From Camelus dromedarius (taxonomy: Eukaryota), in the NCBI RefSeq assembly GCF_036321535.1, contig NC_087436.1, forward strand, positions 20,524,001-20,588,000: a stretch of 64,000 nt of DNA, in the 5' to 3' direction. Position 1 is the stretch's first letter. Each line of letters starts with the position of its first letter. Of this stretch, positions 13,006-24,439 are shown piece after piece. The position numbers and the translations under genes were made by a program. A model generated the notes under the pieces. That model made no database searches. It had not been told where the DNA came from and saw only the letters and a list, made by a program, of their open reading frames with translations.

Positions 13006-13331
13006 CAGCTGCCTTGACAGGAAAATAGATAAGAGAAACATTCCTGAGAAGAGGGAATGGCCTGGGGTAGCGGGGAACAGAGTGGAGCTCCAGAAAGGAG
13101 AGGGCTGAAGGGAAAAACTGAAAAAAAGAGATCCACCCACCCAAGTTCAGATAAGCGAACAAAGGCTGCTCAGCGCCTGGGTCCAGATAGGATAACAAGG
13201 GGAGACCACCAGGGTGGTGCAGGAGGAGGATGGCCAAGGGGTGAGGTCACTCGCTGCAGGCGTGTGTCGGGGAGGGCTCAGCCACCTAACCTGTTTCTGC
13301 CTTTGGGTCTCCGGTCTAACTCAAGAGATAA
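13006..13331 (+). promoter_or_regulatory. Candidate GATA-site cluster
   Basis: AGATAA at 13027, 13149 and 13326, AGATAG at 13185, and E-box CAGCTG at 13006, in GC-richer non-repeat DNA. Confidence 0.3.
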
Positions 13332-14869
13332 ACCATGGCTTCTACCAGTGGGGAAACTGCTGGAAAAGAGCACAGACCCCATGGAGAGGGCTCTTCAGCT
13401 CTGGAAACATGGTGGTCACATCCAGGAGATGCTGCTCCTGAAGGAATTATTGCAAAGTACAAAGCCTTGTGACAGGGAACTTCCGTCTTCAAACCGTCTT
13501 CCACATGCATGGCCCAGAACCCTAGGGTCTCAACTGAATACTCACTTGGGTATCTGAGCAGAGTCCACATTACTTTCTGAGAAAATACCTTGGCCTTGTT
13601 TTATAAGGAAAACCCCCATGTCCCATTTCTGCACTGGGATAGAGAATGCCTAGTATAGAATATTAGGATCTTCAAGGTTTTAAAAACAGAAGGTCAGCTC
13701 TGTCACACAGGGATCCCTGATGTCAGAAAATGTGGCTCCTTTTTAATGAGCACCGTGGAATAGCGGCATCTTGGATACCAGTAGAGAGTTTAATTAAGAC
13801 ATGACAAAAACCAAAAAACAAACAAACAAACAAAAAGATATGACAGCAGTTTTTTCGCCAAAGCATGGATGGAATATCTGTTAGGTTAAAGAGATCTGTT
13901 AGGGCCAAGTGTCAAGTAAATGCTGTAGAAAAAAATTTTGTTTTGTTTTAATGGGAAACTATGACTTATCTGTAAATATACCATGCCAGATGATCAGATT
14001 CCAGCCCCGTTCATTGTCTTTGAGCTATTTTGCAACTCTCTGTCAGTTTCAGGTAACTGACAGATAATGTACAAAATGTCTGATCTACTACTGATTTTAA
14101 CTTATTTCCTCTCCCACGTGGAAAAACTAGTTTTGTACCTATAAACTTGGGACTAGTTTATTTGTTACCAAATCATGTTTTGATTTTGCCTTTGAACTGT
14201 TACAATATACACCTGTTTCCCTCATAACATATGATTTTAAAAAGAAATCTTTAACACATTTATTTTTATAGCTCTATGGAGGTCATGATTTTACCTTTTA
14301 CTTAAAATTATCTTTTAACAACTATGTCTTCTGCTAGACTCCAAGCATTATTTCTCGACCAGGGGTCACAAAGGACAGTAATAGTTACTTATTTTACAAA
14401 ATGTTCAAGTGACCCAAGGAATCTCTGAAGCAAATTTTCAGGAAGAAAATTATTCCAGCCAGCTTAGTTCAACCTCCACCACTATTCTGACAGTTTTGTT
14501 GATAAAGTTGACGTTCTGATGTCTCTGTTGCCTCTGATCTCTCTCTGGAGAGGTAGCTTCAGAGCTTCTGAGCATCAGTAAGGCAAAGTTTGCCACTTCC
14601 TGCCTCTTCTGGCAAACCACCCTATGTCCTTTTTGAAGAAGGTGGATTATATTAATCCATAAAATAATTGCTTTCCTCTCCCCTCCTTCATTTTCCAACT
14701 ATCAAATAGCCAAAAGAACTGAAGTTTCCCCGATGAAGTTGAACGTGACTAATTGTATCTCAAAATGACTTTTTCTGGATGTGAGGAACTGTAGAAAATG
14801 TATTTTGCAAATTTTGTTCAAGTGCAGAGTATTGGGGGGGATTTTGTTGTGACTTTGTTATTAATGTGT

Positions 14870-15065
14870 GCAGTTCAGTCAGTGCTTACTGTGGCCCACT
14901 GTGAGCTCATAACTGCAAGAAACTCAGCTTCCAAGACCAAGTAAAACAAAATCTCTGTCTTCAAGGAACTCACTGGAGAAAAACACACATGTACAACTAA
15001 CCATAAAATAGCACAAGATTGCTGCCATAGTGAGCAGTATGAACACTATGGGAGTAACAGAACAG
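14870..15065 (-). mobile_element. L2 3' fragment
   Basis: aaaacaaaatctctgtcttcaaggaactcac...acatgtacaactaaccataaaatagc. Confidence 0.55.
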
Positions 15066-15102
15066 GTCCAAAAAGTTAATATAATTGCTTGGTAAAGAAA
15101 TG

Positions 15103-15185
15103 TATCTAGAATTTTAATTGAGGGATTGTCCAGTCACTTTACAGATGAGGAAACCAAGTCCCAAAGATGTTATATGATCACAGTT
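15103..15185 (-). mobile_element. MIR fragment
   Basis: MIR core cacttttacagatgaggaaaccaagtcccaaaga. Confidence 0.65.
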
Positions 15186-16125
15186 CATCCTTAATGTAAG
15201 CACAGATGAAAATTAAAGTATGCGATCCCACTGTGATGGAATACCACATATATTTTACCTCTTCAACTAGAGCTGCTGTTTTGTCAGTACAGTTAATTAA
15301 TCTGCAAAATGTGTGGCTGTGTTTTTAGCCGACTTGTGAATGTAAAGAAATCATTTGTAAAAGGCTTTTGGCAGACTCACGCCTCAGGCCTGGGGGAGAA
15401 TTTGCAGTTATCTGAGCTGCAGTCTTGGGAGGTCTCCCCAGGCTAATTCGGACAATCTAGTAGCCGGGGAAGTTGGGATGGTGGTGGTGGTGGTACCACT
15501 AGCAGTGTCTGCCTCCTGGGCTGGCAAGAATTAAGTGGAGTGAGGGCTACAGCTCTTTGGCCGAGGTTCAGGGCTGGGCTCCTATCCCAGCAGGGAGCTA
15601 GGGTGAAAACCAGAAGCTGGGCAGAAGGCCAGTCAGATCAAATGGTAGCTCATTCCCAGGAGTCTCAATTCACCTCCAGGAACACTGGACAAACTACTTC
15701 CAGATTCTGCTCACTCACGGGAAGGAAGCTTCTGACATATGGCCTGACTGAGCCATTCCCAGCTCAGAGCTGAGGTGGGGAGCAGCTGGGTAGGGCTGGG
15801 ATTGACAAGGATGGACACTATCTGTCTTAGATTTAGGCTTTCTTATAAAAATATATTTGTTGACAGTAGAAAATACAGAAAAGATTAAAGAGGAAAATTT
15901 AGAACTAATAAGTTCAAACACTTCCAGGCTGTTCTGTGTGTGTTTATGTAAACAATATTGTATATATTATTTATTAAACTGTTTTTCCACCCAATGTTTT
16001 GTACACACTTAAAAAAATATTAAATGTATATTTTTATTAGAAATAACTTTTTATTACACATATATAATGGACAGTTGTCTAAATTGATATGCACCCATTT
16101 GTATAATTAATTTTAACCGTAATCA

Positions 16126-16290
16126 CAAATAGAATTTAAGAACTGAGAGAGACATGATTGTCATTCCGTCACTCTTGTTCTATAGATGCAGAAACGGAGG
16201 CCCAACCTGATTCAGTGATTTGCAAGTTTAAACACAGGTTTAAACAGAACCAAGTCTAAAATCACTCCAGGGTACCTTCTGCTGTATAGT
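16126..16290 (-). mobile_element. MIR fragment
   Basis: ttctatagatgcagaaacggaggccc...agtgatttgc. Confidence 0.55.
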
Positions 16291-16382
16291 GACACCCTGA
16301 ATTATTTATTTCCTGTGTGTGTGGCTTGTCTGCCTTGTCAGACAACGAGTTCCTTGAGGACCATGTTAGTGTGATGTGGTAC

Positions 16383-16542
16383 ACTGCTGCTTCAAGTGTG
16401 TCTTCAGGCTGGCCTTAATGGCATCATCTGAGCTGGTTCGAAATGCAGAATACTGGGCTCCACCCCAGGCCTTATGAATCAGAACCTAGATTTAACAAGA
16501 TGCCTAGGTGATTCATATCCATACTAAGCTTGAATAGCATTG
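16383..16542. mobile_element. MER5A-type hAT-Charlie MITE
   Basis: gaaatgcagaatactgggctccaccccaggccttatgaatcagaac...tttaacaagatgcctaggtgattcatat. Confidence 0.8.
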
Positions 16543-16569
16543 AGGGGATGGTCATTAAATATTTGTGGT

Positions 16570-16845
16570 TGCCATGGTGTTTGTGGCCCTGCCAACTTCA
16601 TATGCTGAAACATAATCCCCAGTGTGATGGCGTTTGGAGGAGGGTCTTTGGGAGATGCTCAGGTCACCAGGGCTGAGCCCTCCATCTGTGACCCAAGAAG
16701 TGGGTCCTCACCAGACACGAAATCTGCTGGCGCCTTGATCTTAGACATCCCAGCCTCCAGGCATGTGATAAATACACTACTTCTGTCGTTTATAAACTAC
16801 CCAGTCTCTAGTATTTTGTATTAGCAGCCTGAACAGACTAAGACA
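16570..16845 (+). mobile_element. MLT1A-type MaLR solo LTR, internally deleted
   Basis: TG...CA ends (tgccatgg...gactaagaca), the motif aatctgctggcgccttgatcttagacatcccagcctccag, and a perfect 5-bp TSD GTGGT (16565-16569 / 16846-16850). Confidence 0.9.
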
Positions 16846-17399
16846 GTGGTATTACTTGAGTCTTTTGTTCATAGCAATGGAAACTGATTCCATGTACCAT
16901 AAAGCAGAAATAGGAGTGATGGCACTTGTTGGAAAGAGACTGGTTATTGTGGACAATTGAAAACCAAACCTTAGGGATTCAACTTTAGGGACCTTAGAAA
17001 TGGGACTTTGTTGACCTTTTCTGTTGGGCTGTACCATAAATGTGATGCCCAGTTGCAATATCTTTTCATTCCAAGTTTTAGACATACATGTGTGAGAGAA
17101 AGATGGGGCCTGGGAGAGAGAAAGAATGAGAAGGGAGGGGAGGTAGAGAGAGAGAGATGGGGAGACAAAGAGAATATTTTTGCTTGAGTTAGGTTTCTAT
17201 TCTCTTGATCAATGACCAAGGTTCAGGGGCATGTTGCAACCTGGCTACTGGACCCCATCCCTGTAGCCATAAGACATTCTCAGAGATGGGAGATCATTGA
17301 GAGGCAGGTACCATTACCAAAGTTGCCTGCTGTAATTTTTAAACCAAAGTGGTCACATTTTCCACTAGTCATTAGGCATAGAAGTATGAGAAGAGCCTA

Positions 17400-17890
17400 T
17401 TTCTAGTCTTCTTCCCTCTGTAGCCCCTGTTTCTCTGATTTTCATGGTTGTAGTTTCTCCATCAAAGAGAGCATACAGTCTACTGATTTCAGCAATTAAC
17501 ATTTTGCTGGTGACACCCAACTGTGCTTCCAGCTTGAATCTCTTTTCTGAGTTCCAGCCTCCTATCTCCAAATGTTCTGTCACTGCTTAAAGTTCAACAT
17601 GGACAAAATTGGGTTCATCAGATGTCCCTCCCAGTTTCTTTATTTTTATCAAGATGTGACTGTTTACCGTGATAATTAGCATCTGTGGCTCCTTCCTTGT
17701 TTTTCAAAGGGCAAATCCTGAACTTTAAAATGTGGATTTCTTGAACATCTCCCTTCCATCCTTGCTGCCAACCAGAGTTCAAATCCTCATCCACCCTCAT
17801 TTGGATCATGGCCTGTTACCTTACCCATGCCCCTCTTCCTTTCCAGTCTTACCAGTACCATGGAGATTTTTCTTAGACTACACTTGTATC
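17400..17890 (+). mobile_element. L2 internal/3' fragment
   Basis: tgctggtgacacccaa...tctcttttctgagttccag...aagttcaacatggacaaaattg. Confidence 0.65.
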
Positions 17891-18149
17891 ATTACCTACT
17901 TCAGAAAATAGTTAATATTCTTTCAGGACATTTTATATGTAGATCTGAGATTGTCACCACAAGATAACATTAGTAACTCAGAGCTCCCCATTGTCAGTGA
18001 TCTACTTAAAAATTATTTAAAAAAATTTTTTTTCTAGAAGTACTCTTTGAGATAGATAGCCAACTCTGTTAGAAATGAATAACTGAGTGTTTATTTAAAG
18101 AACAACATGCTAGCATAACCATTAACTTAATAGGCTAATGGTTTAAAAA

Positions 18150-19439
18150 TGATTTCCTCTACTCACACTGACACTCTGACACCAAATCTGCGGGTCTTCC
18201 ACACCAAGCAATTCTCGAACTCTCTGGACACCCAACTGGGTGTCCTCTAATTCAATTAGGACATTAAATAACTGAAGTTAGTGCAGACCCCACAGGTTAA
18301 GTGCTCTGGCCCACAAGACCGCCCTTAATTCAGATGCCATTCGCAAGTCCAGGTTGTTAACCTGTGCTTCTGACTGAATGTCTATGTCCACTTAAAGAAA
18401 AACACACAACCTAAGTGTTGTGTGTTTAAGGTTTATTCAGGGTCTTACTGAAGACTCTAGCCAAGGAGACAGCCTCTCAGCAGCTTTGAGGAAACTGCTC
18501 CAAAGACAGAGAAGGAAAGCCAGCTTACATAAGAGTTTTGGCTAGAGAATACATACAGTCAAGCATACATTCCAGTAAAAGATTACTATTAGTCACAGGA
18601 AACATACATCTCAAGTTAATGATTTTAGTGCTTTTTTTTTTTTTATGTCTGGAAACATCCAAGAATCTTGGTTCATTAAAATTCATCCTGATATCTACAT
18701 CAAACTATCTAAGGGACCTAATTGCCAAAACACAGAGTGCCTCATGCTCTTTTTCTTTCTTTCTTTTTTTTTTTTTTCATGCTGTTTTTCATCCTTAATT
18801 TCTCTCAGGGTATACTGTCAGTCAGTGACTGCAGCAGCTAATGCCTTAGAACTAGGTGGTGAGCACTGCTCTTTGTTTTTTTGTTGTTTTACAGCCATTA
18901 AATCAAAGGTTCCCATGACTCCCTCCTCAGGTTTGATAATTTGCTAGAGTGGCTCACTGAACTCAGGGAAGTGCTTAATTTACTAGATTACTGGTTTATT
19001 ATAAAAGAATATAACTCAGGAACAGCCAGATGGAAGAGATGCACAGGGCTAGGTTCAGGGGAAAGGGCTTGGAGCTTTCTTGTCCTCTGTAGACATGCCA
19101 CCCTCCCAGCGTCCCCATGTGTTCACCAAACCGGAAGTGCTCTGAGCCCCAATAGTTAGTTAGGGTTTTTAATGGAGGCTTTATTATGTAGGTATAATTG
19201 ATTAAATCATTGGCCATTAGTAGTTAATTCAACCTCCAGCCCCTCTTTCCTCCCCAGAGGTCTGGAGGATGTGACTGAAAGTTCCCAGTTCTCTAATTAC
19301 CTGATTGGTTCCCCTGGCAACCAGCCGCCATCGTGAGGTGATCCAGGAGCTCCCAGCCACCAGCCATACAAAAAGACACATCACTTTGGATATTCCAGAG
19401 GTTTTAGAAGCTGTCAGCCAGGAAACAGAGACAAAAACC

Positions 19440-19470
<31 letters not shown>

Positions 19471-19492
19471 CTTTTTATATCACAATATCACA
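18150..19492 (-). mobile_element. MER21-type LTR, split by a younger ERV1-type LTR
   Basis: cagaccccacaggttaag...ggaacagccagatggaagagatgcacaggg...tgattaaatcattggccatt...atatcaca is the reverse complement of the MER21 consensus. Confidence 0.85.
18385..18893 (-). mobile_element. ERV1-class solo LTR (cetartiodactyl type) nested in MER21
   Basis: TG...CA termini and an AATAAA on the minus strand (ggtttattcagg). Flanks tcta / gcca are each one mismatch from the MER21 target gcta, consistent with a 4-bp TSD. Confidence 0.75.
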
Positions 19493-19496
19493 CCTA

Positions 19497-20790
19497 TTAA
19501 CTTTTAAAACTTTTTATTTTGAAATAATTTCAGATTTTCAAAGAAGTTACAAAAATAGTAGAGTTTCATATGCTCCAAATATTACCATGTTATAACCATA
19601 GTACAGGAATTAAACTAGGAGATTAACATTGAAACAATATTATTAACTCATCTGTAGACTCCATTCAAATTTTGCAGTTTGTCCCATGAAAGGACTATTT
19701 GTGGTCCAGGGTCCAGTCCAGGATTCTGCACCACATTTAATTTATATGTCACTTTAGTTTCCTGTAATCTGGGACAGTTCTTCAGGTTTTTTGTTTTGTT
19801 TTGTTTGTGGCCTTGATGTTTCTGAAGAGTCTGGGCCAGTTATTTTTGTAGACTATCTTTGGTTTGAGTTTGATATTTCCTTATGTTGAAACATGTATGT
19901 TGAATTCGCATTTCTGGCAAGAATGCCACCAAAGTGGTGTAATACCCTTCTCCGATCAGGAAGTACATGATGTTGATTGATCTCATTGGTGCTGCTATTT
20001 TTGATCAGTTGGTTAAGAAGGTGCCTGTAAGATTTCTACCCTTAAAGTTACCATTTCCCCTTTATGATTAGTATTATTTTGTGCAGAGGTATGTTGAGAC
20101 TATGTAACATACTGTTTCTCATCATATTTTTGCTCACTAATTTTTCAATCCACTGATGACTCTAGCCTGCAATAGTAATGTAATTACTGCATGTAATTAC
20201 CATAGTAATGTAATAACCTGCAATTATTAATGTAGGTATTTGCCAGATGGTAATTTTCTTATTTCCATCATTCCTTCTATATTTATTCATTGGAATTCTG
20301 CTGTAAGAAAGAGCTGTCTCCTCTTGCACATTAATTTCTTCATTCAATTATTTATATTGGTACGGACTCATGAATGTTTAGTCTGTGGGTTATAATCTGT
20401 TACTATCATTATGTCTTTTCTTTTCCAAATCACTGCATATTTAGCCATTAGATTGTGCGCAGATTTGGCCATTGGGTACTACTTCAAGTTGGCTCCTGTG
20501 TCCTTACAGCCTGTCTCCATCATCATTATTGTTGTTGTTTTTGTTGTTAGCACTTCCTTACTTTCTGGTAGGAAAATTCCAGCTCATCTTGTATTTCTCC
20601 TTACCAATTTTCTCCCCAAAGCCCTGGTTGTTTCTACTGACACAGGAGAATGGCATTTGGAAACCAAGTTCTGGGTACCTGGTGTGTTCACTGCTACTGT
20701 ATTGTCATTGCTTCTAGGCCTGTCAGTGGACAGAGCTAGGAAATGTATGTGTGTATGTATATATATATACATATACATGCACATATATGG
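19497..20790 (-). mobile_element. L1MC-type 3' UTR
   Basis: aaactttttattttgaaataatttcagatt...aagttacaaaaatagta and ggagaatggcatttggaaaccaagttctggg...cagtggacagagctaggaaat. Confidence 0.8.
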
Positions 20791-20832
20791 CTCTTCTGCA
20801 ACATTAACTTTTAATATGCTTTCTCTGTTCCC

Positions 20833-21620
20833 GGCAAGGGGTCACAAATAGGTGATTGGTAGGCTAGTTATAGACCACAGATTTTTTTTTTCTGGTCTAC
20901 TTTGTGTTTCAAAAAATATGAAATAATAGTTAGAATTGGTCTTTCTGCATAAAACAAACACCCCTGCCCCAAACAATATTTGAAACAAAGCTTTATTTAA
21001 AATTTTTTTCTATTGTCTAAAAGAAGTTTGAAAGTAGGCAGTCAGGGTGGTATGGATGGAAGTGCCAAGTCATCAAGGACCTAGGTGCCATCCATATTTA
21101 TGTGCTACCATCCCTAACTCATAGCTTCCATCTCCAGTGTCGTATTATGACCTCAAGTTATGATCTGATATATCTGTTAGAGCTCCAGCCATCGTGTCCA
21201 CACTCCAGGCTGGAAGAAGGTAGAAAGGGAGAAGGGCAAAAGAAACGTCCCTCCTGACTCAACTGTCTAGAAATAATCTAACAGCTCTGCTGACATCTCA
21301 TTGGCCACACCACCTACAAATGAGCCTAGAAAATGTCATCTTTTAATTAGGACATTGTAGTGAGAATAAAATTGGGATCTGTTACTAAGAGAGGAGGGGA
21401 GAATAGATGTTGAGAAGGCAATGAACAGTCTCTTTCATAGCATAAATACTTAAAAACCAGAAGGCTTTACATAAAGTCTGGATTTATGGTGTTTCTTGAA
21501 AAGTTGCAAAATCAGGCAATACTGGGCCCACATTTGGGTGGCACGTGTCAGCTGGAATCTGCCCTCTTTGGCTAGAATGTACCTTCTACATAGAGTAGAA
21601 ATTGTTTACCAACCCTTGAG
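20833..21620. mobile_element. hAT-Charlie (MER102/MER103-like) fragments flanking an MLT1
   Basis: caaggggtcacaaatagg... on the left; ctttacataaagtctggattt...tttcttgaaaagttg...ggcaatactgggccc on the right. Confidence 0.5.
20935..21440 (-). mobile_element. Old MaLR LTR (MLT1J/K-like)
   Basis: agctccagccatcgtgtccacactccaggc...acatctcattggcca...aataaaattgggatctgttactaag. Confidence 0.7.
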
Positions 21621-21924
21621 CCTTTTTTGTTGTTATTTCCAGTAATAATAAATCTTTTACTTTTAAACGTATGTACTATAGAAAAGCATTTAAAAAATAA
21701 AGGAGAAACTTGATTTCTTTTAGGTGTCAATCATTTTATATTCCCTTAGGGAAACCCTCCAGATTAGACATTCTTGACTCGTGGTCTCAATATTGTTTAC
21801 AATATTGTTGTGAAAGTATATGATTGTATGTTTAAACTGTGTGCATTTTCCTAGAGAGAGGAGTCATAATTTTATTCGGATACTTATAATTTTATTCAGA
21901 TACTCAGATACTTTTTGACTAAGA

Positions 21925-22270
21925 AAGGGATGCCTTCTTCATGTCTAGACTCCCAGCATCTAGCGCAGAGCCTGTTAAAATAATATGTATGCAATAAACA
22001 TTTTTTATATAAAAAAGTTTATTCCTGAATTCCATTACGTTTATAGCTTCAAACTGTTAGATAATTAGTACTTATAGTCTATTCTTATATTATCCATTAA
22101 TTGTTGTGTAATTCATTATTTCATTTTAGTTCATATTTTCTACTGATCTAGATTGTAAGGATGAAGATCATGCCTTACGTTTTTTTCTTTGTCCCATGTC
22201 ACCCAGCACAGTACTAAGCATCTAGAAAATTTCAAAGCAAATTTCAAAAAAAGTCTCTTAATTGACTTGT
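21925..22270 (+). mobile_element. Two L2 3' terminal fragments
   Basis: tcccagcatctagcgcagagcctg...caataaacat and ctagattgtaag...cccagcacagtactaagcatctag. Confidence 0.55.
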
Positions 22271-22469
22271 CTCACAAGCTCATTGACCCAGGAATTTAAT
22301 TTCTATGTAGTCAAACAGAAAACTTGAAGGGCAGATTCACAAATGGGCTGGTGATTATGATGGAGACCTGAGCAATGACCACATCTCTCTAAGGCAGCTT
22401 TCAGGTCTTTGCACTTTTGGGGACGCAGAAAAATAATTATTAATTTGATTCATAGGTTTTTTTTTCACT

Positions 22470-23160
22470 GTTCACATATTCATTCATTGGTTTGTTTAAC
22501 AAATGTTTATTGGGTTCCTACTATGTACCTGGCACTGTATGAGGCAGTAAAGAAATAAAAAGGTGGTTGTTCCTTGCCGCTGAAGCATTTATAGCCTAAT
22601 GTAGGACCAGACCTGTAACAATTAACTGTAATGCAATATTTTAAGTGCTATTTGGAACTAGCTACAAGGTGCTATAAAGGAGTAGGAATAAGTAGCTATA
22701 GAAGTCAGGTACATCTTTATAGAAGAGGTGACATTGGACAAGTTTTGAAGGATACATTGTTGCTAGACAGAGAATGATCATAGGTCATTTCAGACAGAGA
22801 GTTAGAGGCAAGAAAAAGATTTTACATTCATTAAATAAGTGATTGAGAAGAGGCCTGAGTTGGAGATAAATTATGGGAAGTGAGTGATTCAACAAACATT
22901 TAAGAATTCAACAAATATATATGGCAGACCATAGTGGGCAATGGGGATGCAGGAGTGAATCAGCCAACATAAGCCTTATCTCCTGGAACTTACAATGTAG
23001 TAGAGAGAACAGACATTAAGTACACAGCGCATTTAATATGGGACCTTATCTACTCTGAGAGGGAGGGAGCAGGTATCCAAGGAAGGTAGTACTTAAGCTG
23101 AGCCCTGAAAGATATACAGGGGCTGGACAGGGGAGTTGGGAAGAGATGAGGAAGAAGATA
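22470..23160 (-). mobile_element. L2 3' fragments
   Basis: ttcattcattggtttgtttaacaaatgtttattgggttcctactatgtacctggcactg is the reverse complement of the L2 tail; a second tail starts near 22885. Confidence 0.8.
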
Positions 23161-23172
23161 GGAAAAAATTCT

Positions 23173-24429
23173 CCTATAGTGCTGGGACAACTGGGTATTT
23201 ACATGCAAAAAATCAAGTTGGACATTTATCTCACACCACATATAAAAATTAACTCAAAATGGCTCAATGACCTGAACATAAAAGCTAAAGCCATAAAACT
23301 CTTAGAAGAAAATGTAGGGATCAATCTTCATGACTATGGATTTGACAATTGATTCTTACATATAAAACCAAAAGCACAAGCAACAAAAGAAAAAATAGAT
23401 AAATTAGACTTAATTAAAGTTAAAAAACCTTTGTGCATCAAAAGGCATTATCAAGAAAGTGGAAAGACAACCTACAGAATGGGAGGAAATATTTGCAAAG
23501 TACATATCTGATAAAAGTTTAGTATCCAGAATGTATAAAGAAATCTTCCAACTCAGCAGCAAAAAGACAAACAACCCAGTTTAAAAAATAGGCAAAGGAC
23601 TTGAATAAACATTACTCCAAAGCAGACAAATGGCCAACAAGCATATAAAAAGATGCTCCAAATCATTAGTCACTGGGGAATGCAAATCAAAGCCATGTGA
23701 GATACCACTTCACACCCAGTAGGATGACTATCATCAAAATGTCAGATAAGAACAAGTACTGATGAGGATGTGAAGCATTTGGAACTCTCATACATTACTG
23801 ATAGGAATGTAAAATAGTTCCACTGCTGTGGAAAACCATTTAGTGATTCTCCAAAAGTTGAGTTAAGCTACAGAGTTACTGTATGACTCTCAATTCCCTG
23901 CCTAGGTGTATACCCCAAAGAAACTAAAAGCGAGTATTCGAACAAGTACATGTACAAGCACCTTCAAAGCAGCATTATTTGCAATATCCAAAAGATGGAG
24001 ATAGCCCAATGTCCATCAACAAATGAATGGATGAACAAATCGGGGAATATACATACAATGGAATATTATTCAGCCCCAAGAAGGGAATGAAGAACGCAAC
24101 ATGAATGAACCTCTAAAACATTATGCTAAATGAGAGAAGCCAGACACTAAAGGCCACATATTGTATGGTTCTATTTATATGAAGTGTCTAGAATATGCAC
24201 ATCCCCAGAGACAGAGAGCATTTTGACAGATGCCGGGACATGAGGAGACAGGGGAATAGGGATAAATTGCTTGCTGGGTAAAGGGTTTTATTTTGGAGTG
24301 ATGGCAATGTTTTAAAACAATATAGAGGTAGGGTTGTACAACACTGTAAATGTACTAGATGCCACTGAATTGCTCACTTTAGAATGGTTAATTTTATTCT
24401 ATGTGAATTTCAGCTCAATAAATTACTTT
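23173..24429 (+). mobile_element. 5'-truncated L1MB-type element (ORF2 C-terminus plus 3' UTR)
   Basis: ORF 23146-23352 contains [40 protein letters not shown] (L1 ORF2). The 3' UTR ends gtgaatttcagctcaataaa. TSD aaaaattct (23164-23172 / 24430-24438). Confidence 0.92.
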
Positions 24430-24439
24430 AAAAATTCTG

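Noticed and set aside
13057..13557. Longest ORF (166 aa) as a protein-coding gene
   Set aside because: No recognisable domain, composition typical of GC-richer non-coding DNA, and no supporting exon structure.
13747..13767. REST/RE1-like TGAGCACCGTGGAATAGCGGC
   Set aside because: An extra base disrupts the right half-site (GGACAG) and the left half is imperfect.
15350..15830. GC-richer block as an exon or promoter
   Set aside because: No coherent ORF or splice pair; it may be a very old LTR that I cannot assign.
20165..20232. Short imperfect tandem repeats (atgtaattac); also 21865-21912
   Set aside because: Local slippage duplications, with no constant repeat plus unique spacer structure, so not CRISPR-like.
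20411..20851. 146-aa hydrophobic ORF as a membrane protein
   Set aside because: It lies antisense in an L1MC 3' UTR, and T-rich sequence produces hydrophobic translations.
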